Shown piece by piece: positions 49,227 to 58,795 of a DNA stretch of 64,000 bases. Made by a program: the position numbers and the translations under genes. The stretch is from positions 1-64,000 of IMG/VR virus record IMGVR_UViG_3300044959_000303; one strand, 5' to 3'. This DNA comes from a virus. Within the stretch, counting starts at the first letter, position 1, and each line of letters starts with the position of its first letter. The notes below the pieces were generated by a model. It was given only the letters and a program-made list of their open reading frames with translations. It was not told the origin of the DNA and searched no databases.

Positions 49227-51341
49227 ATGTCGGATCAGAATCTGGACAGAATCATAGATATTCTGGAAAAATTGAAAGAAATTCCTCGTATCAAGGAAGA
49301 ACAGAAAAAATTGCTCGAAGATATAAAAAAATCTCTGGTTTCCGAAAGTCAGGACATTCATGAAAATTTCGAAAATGCAAATCGTTCCGTAGAGGAAACT
49401 CGAAAAAATCTGAACTCTTTGTTGAGAATCAGTTTTTCTTTTGTAAACGTGATTCGAAATGTCATTCGAAAATTCACCAATCTCAAAGAAAGTTTGGATC
49501 AATTTTCGAGATCGGTAGCAAGATATTCGGAAAAAACACAAAGTTTGGTAGAAAGTCCGTTCGAAAATTTCAAATCATTTACGGAAAGTTTGCCGATCAT
49601 AGGAGGATTTTCGATTGCATTTTTCAAAATTTACGAAATGTTCGACGATCTTGCGAACGCTTATTCGAATGCGGCAAAAAGCGGTGTGATTTTTTCCAAA
49701 ACCATTGAACAGATTTATGCCGATTCGAGAGATTTGGTAATGACTCTACCAGAATTTGCAAATTTTCTGGCGAAATATGCGAACATAGTCAATCGAGGTA
49801 ACAGAGAATTCATCAATTATCTCGATATTTCGATGAAAACATCGGACAGATTGTTGAGTTTTGGTTACGATCTGGAAACTCTGAGAGAAAGTGCAGCACA
49901 ATTTCTGGTCATTCAGAGAAATCTTGGATTTTTGAGAAGAATCAATGCCGAAGAACAATCGAAACTTTTTTCGACAACAATCGAAAATTTTTATTCTGCA
50001 TCGAAACGACTTGGCATAGCGGCTACTGAAATTCTGCAAAGTCTGGAAAAACTTTCAGAAGATCCGGAAGCAAGAGTTGCTTTGCGAAAATTGGGACAGA
50101 GAGGACAGGAAATATTGGCGGTACTGGAAAAAGAAGCTCCCAATTTGCAAAAACTTCTGACTCAAGCCATAGTGAGAGGTGGTTTGGAAAGAGCGGATGA
50201 TTATGCTCTTTTTGCCACTACAGAAATATCCCCCATGATAGCTGAAATATATTCGATGATATTGTCCAATCGAGGATCCTTGAATTCACTTCTGGACCTG
50301 ATAAGAAGCAATTCCGATGTTCTCAGTAGAAATATGCAATTGTTCGCATTGATGGGACAGGATCATATCGTGAACATTTTGAACGAACTCGATATTTTTT
50401 CGAAAAAGACTCTCGATACAATTGAATCTTCCGAAGAAAACATGGGCGAAGAATTTGCAAAACAGGTTGTTCTGGCAAGAAATCGTGTTCGGGCAACAAT
50501 CGCAGATGTAAGTTCCGAAATCATAAGAAGACTTTCGGAAATAGGAAATGTTTCCGAACTGATTTCGAATTATCTCATAAAAATTACAAAAATTACGACA
50601 GATATGGCGAAAAGTACTTTGTGGCTGGATTTGTTGGAAGGTTTTTCACAGGCTGCAACGAAACTCGTTTCTGCAATAGTGAATCTTTCAGATAAAATTG
50701 CCGGAATTTTCGGTTTGAACGGTACCATATATCAAGCCATAGTCGCGGGAATTCTTCTGTTTCTGCCAAAAGGACTGAACAGAATTTTTCAATCTCTTGG
50801 TGGTGCTTTTCTGGCAAATTATTCTTCTTCTTTCGGTTCTGCAATTTTGAGACCTATCATGAATTTAATGAATTATATTCTGTCGAGTACGAAAAGAACT
50901 TTTCTCGCTCTTGTCACTGGCATGTTTGCAGCATCGGGTTTGAGTAATCTTTTTGGCAATCTTTTTCCGGAAGAAAATTCGGAGCAAGCAACCGAAACGA
51001 AATCATTGTCACAAAACATTCCGTCAACTTCGACGGAACCGACCACAATTCCGAATATCTCGAATCCGTCTGTAGCCGGTTCTCCTGTCACTGGTGCCGA
51101 AATTGCAAAAACTCCATTGATCACACCATCTGTAACAAAAACTCTGGAATCCGAAAGCAGTGTAAATCCCGAGGCTTCTTTGGCAAAAAGCATGGAAGAG
51201 CTTTCGAACATAATGAAACAGATCAATTCGATGCACGAAAGAATCAAGGAAGCCAATGAAAGAAAGCTCCAGTTGTTGCAGAAAATGACAAAAACACAAG
51301 AATCTGTGAACGAAAGTATTTCCAATATGATTTCACCGTAG
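49227..51341 (+). CDS. Tape-measure-like protein 1
   Basis: 704-aa helical protein with hydrophobic Gly-rich segments; between the chaperone and the portal. Confidence 0.55.
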   Translation: MSDQNLDRIIDILEKLKEIPRIKEEQKKLLEDIKKSLVSESQDIHENFENANRSVEETRKNLNSLLRISFSFVNVIRNVIRKFTNLKESLDQFSRSVARYSEKTQSLVESPFENFKSFTESLPIIGGFSIAFFKIYEMFDDLANAYSNAAKSGVIFSKTIEQIYADSRDLVMTLPEFANFLAKYANIVNRGNREFINYLDISMKTSDRLLSFGYDLETLRESAAQFLVIQRNLGFLRRINAEEQSKLFSTTIENFYSASKRLGIAATEILQSLEKLSEDPEARVALRKLGQRGQEILAVLEKEAPNLQKLLTQAIVRGGLERADDYALFATTEISPMIAEIYSMILSNRGSLNSLLDLIRSNSDVLSRNMQLFALMGQDHIVNILNELDIFSKKTLDTIESSEENMGEEFAKQVVLARNRVRATIADVSSEIIRRLSEIGNVSELISNYLIKITKITTDMAKSTLWLDLLEGFSQAATKLVSAIVNLSDKIAGIFGLNGTIYQAIVAGILLFLPKGLNRIFQSLGGAFLANYSSSFGSAILRPIMNLMNYILSSTKRTFLALVTGMFAASGLSNLFGNLFPEENSEQATETKSLSQNIPSTSTEPTTIPNISNPSVAGSPVTGAEIAKTPLITPSVTKTLESESSVNPEASLAKSMEELSNIMKQINSMHERIKEANERKLQLLQKMTKTQESVNESISNMISP

Positions 51342-51356
51342 AAATGTGAGTGGAAA

Positions 51357-53750
51357 ATGTTAAATCTTTCTCAACTGGACAGAATCAAAAAAGAATTGGA
51401 AAAATATCCAGAACTCGAAAAAGAATTTCTGGATATTCTCAAGGACTTGAGAAATTCGATTTCGAAAGATCGAAAAAATATGAGAAAAATTTCCGAAAAC
51501 ATGGAATTGTTCCTGAGAAATCAAGGCGAATTTTCTTCCGATATGAAAAAAACCATTGAAGATATAACATATCACATTCACAATGCTTTCATTTTTTCTC
51601 TGGATTATGCCGGTATGATAAACACCTACGAAAAATTGAGAAAAAACATTCTGCAACTTTCCGAAAGTATCAATGAAAATTACAAATTGTTCAGAAACAT
51701 CACGAAAGGTTTCGTTGGTGTAATTTCGAGAAATTCGAAATATTTCGCGGCTTTCATTGGTGCTGTCGATGGCATGGCAAAAGTCTATTCGAGATTTTTT
51801 CAGATCGGTTTCAGTTTTTCGAAATCTGTCGAAGATTTTGTTCTGTTGAGTTCCCGTTTGAGCATGACATTTTCTGAAATTATCGATGTTTTGCAGGAAA
51901 ATTTCACGGTTACCAAAGGAATTGGCATAAACGAACTGGCAAATTTCATTACGAATATTCGAAAATCACAAGACAATCTTGCAGTTTATGGTATCAATGC
52001 CGAAACTCTTTCCAGATTTGTCATAAGATATTTTCAAACATTGGAATTGTTGAATACCGAAAACATGAAAATTACAGATGTCAGTGAAAAAAGAATTGTC
52101 GAACTTGTTCGACAAATGTCGAAATTCAGTACAATGACAAACGTCGATATGGAAGATTTGTTGTATTCCATTCGAAAAAGAATCGAAGATCCATTTGTGA
52201 GAATCGCCTATCGCATGATTCCGGAAGAATCGGCGAGAAATCTCGATTTTCTGAGTACGAGATTTCCAGAGGTTGCAAATGCGATCATGGAATCTCTCTA
52301 TCGAGGAAATCTGGCTTTTTCTCAGGAATTCGATTTGTTGTTGAGAGCAAATCTTCTCGAAGTTGTACAGCAAGCGACAAATCAGGTCAGGGAAGGAACC
52401 TTCGAATCGACGAAATTCATTCGAATATTGAGTTCGAAAGTGAATGAAATCGAAAATATCTCCGAAGATTTGATAAAAAGAGGAGAAATCGATCTGGGCA
52501 AAAGATTGTCGGATCTGGCGCTTCGTTTGAGAACCGTAAATTCGACAGTAGGAAATGTCACACAAACCACGAAAGGTGTCATTCCCGAAATGATCAAGAT
52601 CATGGATTCTACGAAAGCTGAAATTATCGGAAATGCAGCCGAAACTTTCAAAAGCATGTTGGAACTTGTACAAAAAGAAGATTTGAATCGAAAAGCCGCG
52701 AACATTATCGAAAATTTCAATGAAATGACAAAAATCGTGACGAATTTTTCTCCTTCGGTAATCGAAAATGCTGCAAAAACTTCTTTTTTCATTGTAAGCG
52801 AAGCGGCTGAAACAATATATTCGATAATAAAGAAAATCGATGTTATCGATGCTCTGATTTCATCCGGTGTTGTTGCGGGGTCGATTTTTGCTATCAGAAA
52901 ATTTGGAATTTCGAGTTTTCTCGAAATTGGTGCAACTTTGTTGCGTAATATCGAAAACATTGCCATCAAATTCATGAGCAGCATAAAAGTTCCACAGAGA
53001 CTTATCGAATCTTCGGTAATGAACAATCTGTTTTCCGTTTTGAAAAGTACTTTTTCCATAATACAAACAATGACAAGATACGCAATTTCATCTTCATTGC
53101 TTTTATCGAAATATGTAATACCTTCGTTTATCGGAAAATCTGCAAGAATTGCAGGTGCGGGAATTCAATCCACGGCAAAAGCAGCAAAAGCAGCAGGAAG
53201 CACGGCTTTTTCAGCATCCAAAAGATTTCTGACAAAAACTCTTGGTGCACCTTTGGCAATTTTTCTCGAATCCATAGGAGCATCGGTAGAAATTTACGAC
53301 TTGTACAATCGTTATCAGAATGGAGAAATTTCAGAAGAAGAACTCAAAAAAAGAATTTCGATTGTCATAGGATCTTCCATTGGTGGAATTGGTGGTGCAA
53401 CGGCAGGAGCAACAGCCGGTTCTCTCGTGTTTCCGGGAATTGGAACATTGGCAGGTGCCGGCATGGGATATTTTGCCGGAAGCTCGATTGGAGAAATAAT
53501 TTCGGAAAAAATATATGAAAGTATTGCAACAGAAAGCATAAAGGAAGAAATTTCGAAACAGGCTTTACCTTCGAATGAAATGTCGGATCATGTTCAGAGT
53601 ATTCTGAAAGAAGCAGAGCAGATGAAAAAAATCGTTTCTTCTGAACTGGAAAACATGCAAAAGGAATTGAGTCAGACCGAAAGACTTCTGCTCGAAAAAT
53701 TGAAAACCATAAATTCTTCGGAAACTGCAAGATCCTTGATGCCGGATTGA
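51357..53750 (+). CDS. Tape-measure-like protein 2
   Basis: 797 aa, paralogous to the previous gene; GGIGGATAGATAGSLVFPGIGTLAG glycine-zipper typical of tape measures. Confidence 0.6.
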   Translation: MLNLSQLDRIKKELEKYPELEKEFLDILKDLRNSISKDRKNMRKISENMELFLRNQGEFSSDMKKTIEDITYHIHNAFIFSLDYAGMINTYEKLRKNILQLSESINENYKLFRNITKGFVGVISRNSKYFAAFIGAVDGMAKVYSRFFQIGFSFSKSVEDFVLLSSRLSMTFSEIIDVLQENFTVTKGIGINELANFITNIRKSQDNLAVYGINAETLSRFVIRYFQTLELLNTENMKITDVSEKRIVELVRQMSKFSTMTNVDMEDLLYSIRKRIEDPFVRIAYRMIPEESARNLDFLSTRFPEVANAIMESLYRGNLAFSQEFDLLLRANLLEVVQQATNQVREGTFESTKFIRILSSKVNEIENISEDLIKRGEIDLGKRLSDLALRLRTVNSTVGNVTQTTKGVIPEMIKIMDSTKAEIIGNAAETFKSMLELVQKEDLNRKAANIIENFNEMTKIVTNFSPSVIENAAKTSFFIVSEAAETIYSIIKKIDVIDALISSGVVAGSIFAIRKFGISSFLEIGATLLRNIENIAIKFMSSIKVPQRLIESSVMNNLFSVLKSTFSIIQTMTRYAISSSLLLSKYVIPSFIGKSARIAGAGIQSTAKAAKAAGSTAFSASKRFLTKTLGAPLAIFLESIGASVEIYDLYNRYQNGEISEEELKKRISIVIGSSIGGIGGATAGATAGSLVFPGIGTLAGAGMGYFAGSSIGEIISEKIYESIATESIKEEISKQALPSNEMSDHVQSILKEAEQMKKIVSSELENMQKELSQTERLLLEKLKTINSSETARSLMPD

Positions 53751-53851
53751 AATTGACAATTTTCGTGCAAATTCGAATTATTCGAAAAAAAAGTTCGAAA
53801 ACTGTCGAAAGTCGAAAATAAATATTTTTCGATAACAGGAAAAAAGGTTCC

Positions 53852-55543
53852 ATGGTAAAATACAGAAAAAAAATTCAAGGAAATTACATTCAACAGGCAA
53901 AAAATTTTTCACGGACAAATTTTTTGAATGCAAGCAATGATCTTGGTTTCAAATGGCAGAGTTATCTGCCTCTCATATATGCCGGACAACCTAAAAGAAG
54001 AGAAAGATACAATCAATACGATATAATGGATGCCGATCCGGAAATCAATGCTTCTCTCGATATCATTGCCGAATTCTGTACACAAACAGATCAACCGAAC
54101 AATTTGCCATTTCGTATAAACACTTTCGAGTCCATGTCGGACACCGAAATGGAAATTATCAGAAGAAATTTGATAAAATGGACCAGAATCAACGAATTCG
54201 AAAGAAGATTGTTCAATATTTTTCGAAATACCATAAAATATGGCGACCAGATATTCATAAAACATCCGAAAACCAAAAAATGGTTATGGATAGATCCGGC
54301 AAGAGTAGCATCGATAATTGTCAATTCGGCAAAAGGAAAAAAGCCCGAGTTTTATGTTGTCGAAGGGCTCGATGTAAATCTCGAAACTCTTGTAGCAACA
54401 ACTCCTCCGCCTGCATATCAGCAGACGACCGGCCTGGTGGCAAGATCTCCCGGTCCGGTAACTTACTCTTATCCCAGAATGGATTCGACATTGGGAAGAT
54501 ATACTGCACAAGCTACGCAACCAGCATTTATTGCAGCAGAAAACATCGTTCATATTTCATTGTCGGATGGCATGGACAACAATTGGCCTTTTGGCAATTC
54601 CATTCTCGAATCAGTGTACAAAGTTTTCAAACAGAAGGAACTTCTGGAAGACTCGATAATAATATATCGTGTACAAAGAGCACCGGAAAGAAGAGTTTTC
54701 TATATCGATGTCGGTGATATGTCACCGGCAATGGCAAATCAATATATCAATCGAATCAAAAATCAGATACATCAGAGAAGAATTCCTACCTTCAATGGTG
54801 GTGGTGAAAGTGTAATGTCAACGGCTTACAATCCATTGTCGATACTCGAAGATTACTTTTTCGCACAAAGTGCAGACGGTAGAGGATCCAAGGTCGAAGT
54901 TCTTCCGGGCGGAGATCAACTTGGACAAATCGACGATCTGATCTATTTCGACAGAAAATTGAGAAGAGGATTGAGAATTCCAAACGCCTATCTTCCCGGA
55001 TCGACAGAAGAAGGCGGATCTTATAGTGATGGCAAAGTCGGAACAGCATTCATACAGGAATTTCGTTTCAACAAATACTGTATGAGATTACAACAGGCAA
55101 TAATTCAAAAATTCGATGAGGAATTCAAAAACTATATGAAAAGTTCCGGTGTAGAATTGAATTTCGATTCTTTTGAAATTCAATTTCACGAACCACAGAA
55201 TTTCTCTCGTTATCGTCAAATTGAAATCGATAGTGCACAAGCTTCCGTGTTTACGTCACTTGCAGATATTCCGTATTTGAGCAAGAGATTTCTTATGAAA
55301 AGATTTCTGAATCTTTCCGATGAAGAAATTTTCGAAAACGAGAGACTTTGGGAAGAAGAAAATGAAATCAAGGATGAAGATGATATCGACGATTTGAATG
55401 TGAATTTGCCGGACGTAGGTATACATTCGACAGATATGAATTATTCTGACAATCTGGAAACAGAAGAACCGGAAGAAGACGTAGAAGAAGTTCCCGAAGA
55501 AGAAAAAGTCGAAGAAGAAATAAAAAGTTCTTTTGAAAAATGA
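53852..55543 (+). CDS. Portal protein (T4 gp20-like)
   Basis: LLEDSIIIYRVQRAPERRVFYIDVG, EDYFF, GSKVEVLPGG. Confidence 0.95.
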   Translation: MVKYRKKIQGNYIQQAKNFSRTNFLNASNDLGFKWQSYLPLIYAGQPKRRERYNQYDIMDADPEINASLDIIAEFCTQTDQPNNLPFRINTFESMSDTEMEIIRRNLIKWTRINEFERRLFNIFRNTIKYGDQIFIKHPKTKKWLWIDPARVASIIVNSAKGKKPEFYVVEGLDVNLETLVATTPPPAYQQTTGLVARSPGPVTYSYPRMDSTLGRYTAQATQPAFIAAENIVHISLSDGMDNNWPFGNSILESVYKVFKQKELLEDSIIIYRVQRAPERRVFYIDVGDMSPAMANQYINRIKNQIHQRRIPTFNGGGESVMSTAYNPLSILEDYFFAQSADGRGSKVEVLPGGDQLGQIDDLIYFDRKLRRGLRIPNAYLPGSTEEGGSYSDGKVGTAFIQEFRFNKYCMRLQQAIIQKFDEEFKNYMKSSGVELNFDSFEIQFHEPQNFSRYRQIEIDSAQASVFTSLADIPYLSKRFLMKRFLNLSDEEIFENERLWEEENEIKDEDDIDDLNVNLPDVGIHSTDMNYSDNLETEEPEEDVEEVPEEEKVEEEIKSSFEK

Positions 55544-55737
55544 ACATGACAAAAAAACATTTCAATTGAATTCGACGAGTTCATGATTCGATTCGAAAAA
55601 CAATAATTTTGTCATTTACGAAAATGTCTGTAATGTAATTTCTTTCGTAATTCGATCTGAAAAGTTTTCTCATGACAAATTCGGCAAAAAACAGAGACGA
55701 TAAATAATAATACAATGATTTCAAAGGATTTTTTTCA

Positions 55738-55935
55738 ATGAAAAACAAAAAGAATCTGAATGAATCTTTTTTCGATTTCAATATCGACATAAACTCGTCG
55801 AAATATTATTCGAATTTGACTTTGAGAAAAATAAACCGTTTGAGAAAAATTTCAATACTCAAAAAAGTCGAATTCAAGAAAAGAAGTAAACTTTTGAGAA
55901 AAATGTACGGCAAAGAGAGCGAAAATGCCTTATGA
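55738..55935 (+). CDS. Small basic protein downstream of the portal
   Basis: LTLRKINRLRK...MYG pattern; TAAATA at 55701-55706. Confidence 0.55.
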   Translation: MKNKKNLNESFFDFNIDINSSKYYSNLTLRKINRLRKISILKKVEFKKRSKLLRKMYGKESENAL

Positions 55936-56791
55936 TACACTTGAAATTTCGAACAACAACATATCGATACTCAATTATGATCTGATTTACATATGTTCTG
56001 CTTTATGTCTTCTTTCGTACAAAGAAAAGAAGAACATGGAAGAAATAGAAGAAAAATTGAAAGAATTCGACGTGAAATTGTTGAAAATAATCGATAGAAA
56101 ATCTTCGGAAGCATTCATTTTCGAAAACAAAGATTATTATTTTCTGATTTTCACCGGAACAGAACTGAATGAAATCAATGACATATTGGCAGATTTGAAA
56201 TTCGATTTCGTGAAAACGAAAGAAGGAAGAATTCATCGAGGAATTTACAAATACTATTCTTTATTGTCTTTTTCGATTTTGAAATATATGTTGAAACTAC
56301 TGAAAGAAAACAGAAAACCGGTTGTGATTGGTGGTCATAGTCTGGGGGGAGCCATGGCAGTTCTTGCTGCCATCGAAATTTCGAAAATTGCAGATTGTTA
56401 TGTTGTCACTTTCGGGCAACCAAAACTTGGAGATTTGAGATTTGCCGAATATTATGAACAGAAATTGAATTATATCAGAATAGTAATAGATCGGGACATG
56501 ATTCCAAAATTGCCTCCTTCTCTTTTTGGTTATTGTCATTTCGGTTTCAAGATGATTCTCGACACGAGAGAAGATTTGATGAATAAACATTTTCACAACT
56601 GTGTTGTCAATCTGAAAAATGATTTTTTGAATTTGATGATGTTTTTTTTATTCAATCTGAAATATTTCATGAAAAATTTGTTTTTCGACAAATTTCTTTT
56701 TCTGAAAAATCACAAAATGTCTTCTTATCATTATTTCATCAAAAAGATGCAAAATCTTTTTCTGGTAATAAGAAAAAGTGATCTGGAGTAA
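55925..56791 (+). CDS. Class 3 lipase (alpha/beta hydrolase)
   Basis: FTGT, IHRG, GHSLGGA nucleophile elbow, TFGQPKLG, DMIPKLP, H..SSY. Confidence 0.85.
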   Translation: MPYDTLEISNNNISILNYDLIYICSALCLLSYKEKKNMEEIEEKLKEFDVKLLKIIDRKSSEAFIFENKDYYFLIFTGTELNEINDILADLKFDFVKTKEGRIHRGIYKYYSLLSFSILKYMLKLLKENRKPVVIGGHSLGGAMAVLAAIEISKIADCYVVTFGQPKLGDLRFAEYYEQKLNYIRIVIDRDMIPKLPPSLFGYCHFGFKMILDTREDLMNKHFHNCVVNLKNDFLNLMMFFLFNLKYFMKNLFFDKFLFLKNHKMSSYHYFIKKMQNLFLVIRKSDLE

Positions 56792-56905
56792 AATAAAAGT
56801 ACAAGAACATTATTATTTTTGAAAAAATAAGTAAAAAATATACTTTTTTTGACGAAAAACATTAAATATAAATGTATAAAACCATATTCACTAGCGGAGT
56901 AAAAA

Positions 56906-57988
56906 ATGAGTAAAAGCAAATTAGAAACAATCATGAATCTTTTAGCTGAAGGCAGGGAAGACGAAGCATCCACCATACTACACGAGTGGATAGTTGAAAA
57001 AAGCAGGGAAATTCACAAAAAATTGATCGAAGAAGACGAATCGATGGAAGAACATGATTATGATGATATCGATGAAAAAATCGAAAATCTCAGAGCTGAG
57101 ATGCACGATGAAATAGAAAAATTGAAAGATGAGTTGGAAGATATTCTTGCAAAAGATCATGATGAAGAAATGAATTCCGAAGAAGGAGAAGAAGTTGAAG
57201 GCGAAGAAGTTGAAGGCGAAGAAGATTATTCTGATGTCGACGATATTGCAGACAAAATGACTTCCGATGATGAAGAAATGAATTCCGAAGAAGGCGAAGA
57301 AGGCGAAGAAGGCGAAGAAGTTGAAGACGAAGAAGATTATTCTGATGTCGACGATATTGCAGACAAAATGACTTCCGATGATGAAGGAATGGATTCCGAA
57401 GAAGATGAACGTGAAGAAGATGAACGTGAAGAAGATAAAGAAGATGAAAAACGTAATATGGTGGAACGTGTTCACAAACATGAAAAAGAAATGAAAAATA
57501 TCGAAGAAACAACAAAAAAACCTGAAGAAGACGAAATCGACGAACTTTTGAAAACGATAGAAAAAGAATTGAATGAAAAAGATGACGATGAAAGTGAAGT
57601 CGATACTTCATCTCTTACTCCGGAAGAAATGGAAAAATTCCTGAAAGAATTGAATATTTCCGAACTGGAGGAAGCTTATGAAATGTTGAATGTAAATTTT
57701 CATCCAACCGAGGGTGAAGTTGGAAGCGGAAAAAAGAATGCCGTTGGAAATACACAAAGTCCTCTTCCTCATATGAGTGCCGATGAAAGATTGAATGTAT
57801 CGAATCGTGGAATTCGGTACAAACAATCTTCTCACGTTGGTTTCAACAGAGAACCTGCACCAAAAGCAGAGATTTTCAGTCAGGCGAAGAAATCGAAAAG
57901 TGTAGTCAAAAGTGCCTCTGAATTTTACAGTCCGACAAAAGGCAATTCAGATGCCATTTTGACAAAAGATTATTCTGACGAAAAATAA
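56906..57988 (+). CDS. Acidic prohead core / scaffold-like protein
   Basis: HEWIVEKSREIH N-terminus, extremely D/E-rich; between portal and protease. Confidence 0.65.
   Translation: MSKSKLETIMNLLAEGREDEASTILHEWIVEKSREIHKKLIEEDESMEEHDYDDIDEKIENLRAEMHDEIEKLKDELEDILAKDHDEEMNSEEGEEVEGEEVEGEEDYSDVDDIADKMTSDDEEMNSEEGEEGEEGEEVEDEEDYSDVDDIADKMTSDDEGMDSEEDEREEDEREEDKEDEKRNMVERVHKHEKEMKNIEETTKKPEEDEIDELLKTIEKELNEKDDDESEVDTSSLTPEEMEKFLKELNISELEEAYEMLNVNFHPTEGEVGSGKKNAVGNTQSPLPHMSADERLNVSNRGIRYKQSSHVGFNREPAPKAEIFSQAKKSKSVVKSASEFYSPTKGNSDAILTKDYSDEK
57161..57400 (+). repeat. ~108-111-bp acidic coding duplication
   Basis: DEEMNSEEG...EEDYSDVDDIADKMTSD occurs twice plus a partial third copy. Confidence 0.85.
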
Positions 57989-58008
57989 TAAAGTAAAAAA
58001 TAACAAAA

Positions 58009-58036
58009 GAGTGTCGGGGAAATTTCCCCGACACTC
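58009..58036 (+). terminator. Strong hairpin between the core and protease genes
   Basis: GAGTGTCGGGGAAATTTCCCCGACACTC is a perfect palindrome; no + strand U-tract. Confidence 0.5.
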
Positions 58037-58064
58037 GGCCCTGAAAAGGGAAAGGAGTTGAATT

Positions 58065-58715
58065 ATGAACAATATGATACTTACAGAAAGAATCAATTGG
58101 AACGATGCCAGAATACAAATTGAAAACACAGATGAAAATGGTAAGAAAAATCTTTTTCTGAAAGGAATTTGCATACAGGGAGATGTCAAAAATCACAATG
58201 GCAGAATATATCCTTCCGAAGAAATAAGAAAAGCAGTCAAACAGATCAACGATCTGGTTTCTCGTGGTGAATCGGTTTTCGGAGAAGCAGATCATCCTGA
58301 CACATTGAATATAAATCTCGACAGAATTTCACATATGGTTGTCGAAATGTGGATGGATGGTTCCAACGGTTGCGGAAAACTGAAAATTATCGATACACCT
58401 ATGGGAAATATAGTGAAAGCAATAATAAGTAGCGGTGGAAAACTTGGTGTTTCCTCACGAGGAAGTGGCAACGTCGATTCATATACCGGAAGAGTAAGCG
58501 ATTTCGAGATAGTCACGATAGATATCGTTGCCAGACCAAGTGCTCCAGATGCTTTTCCGACCCCTGTATATGAAAGAAGAATCATAGATTTGTTGAATTC
58601 CAGAAGAGGAAATATCATCGAAGATTTGTCTTTCAACTACGAGAAAGATAAAAGAGCCAAAGAATTATTGAAAAAAGAGATAAAAAATTGGTTATCGAAA
58701 ATTATCGATAAATAA
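58065..58715 (+). CDS. Prohead protease (T4 gp21-like)
   Basis: GICIQGDVKNHNGRIYP, GEADHP, LGVSSRGSG, DIVARPSAPDA. Confidence 0.95.
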   Translation: MNNMILTERINWNDARIQIENTDENGKKNLFLKGICIQGDVKNHNGRIYPSEEIRKAVKQINDLVSRGESVFGEADHPDTLNINLDRISHMVVEMWMDGSNGCGKLKIIDTPMGNIVKAIISSGGKLGVSSRGSGNVDSYTGRVSDFEIVTIDIVARPSAPDAFPTPVYERRIIDLLNSRRGNIIEDLSFNYEKDKRAKELLKKEIKNWLSKIIDK

Positions 58716-58795
58716 AGGTAAAGCAAAGGTAAAGCAAAGGTAATGCAAAGGCAAAGTAAATGCGGTATCAAAAATGAATACAAGGAGATAATAAT

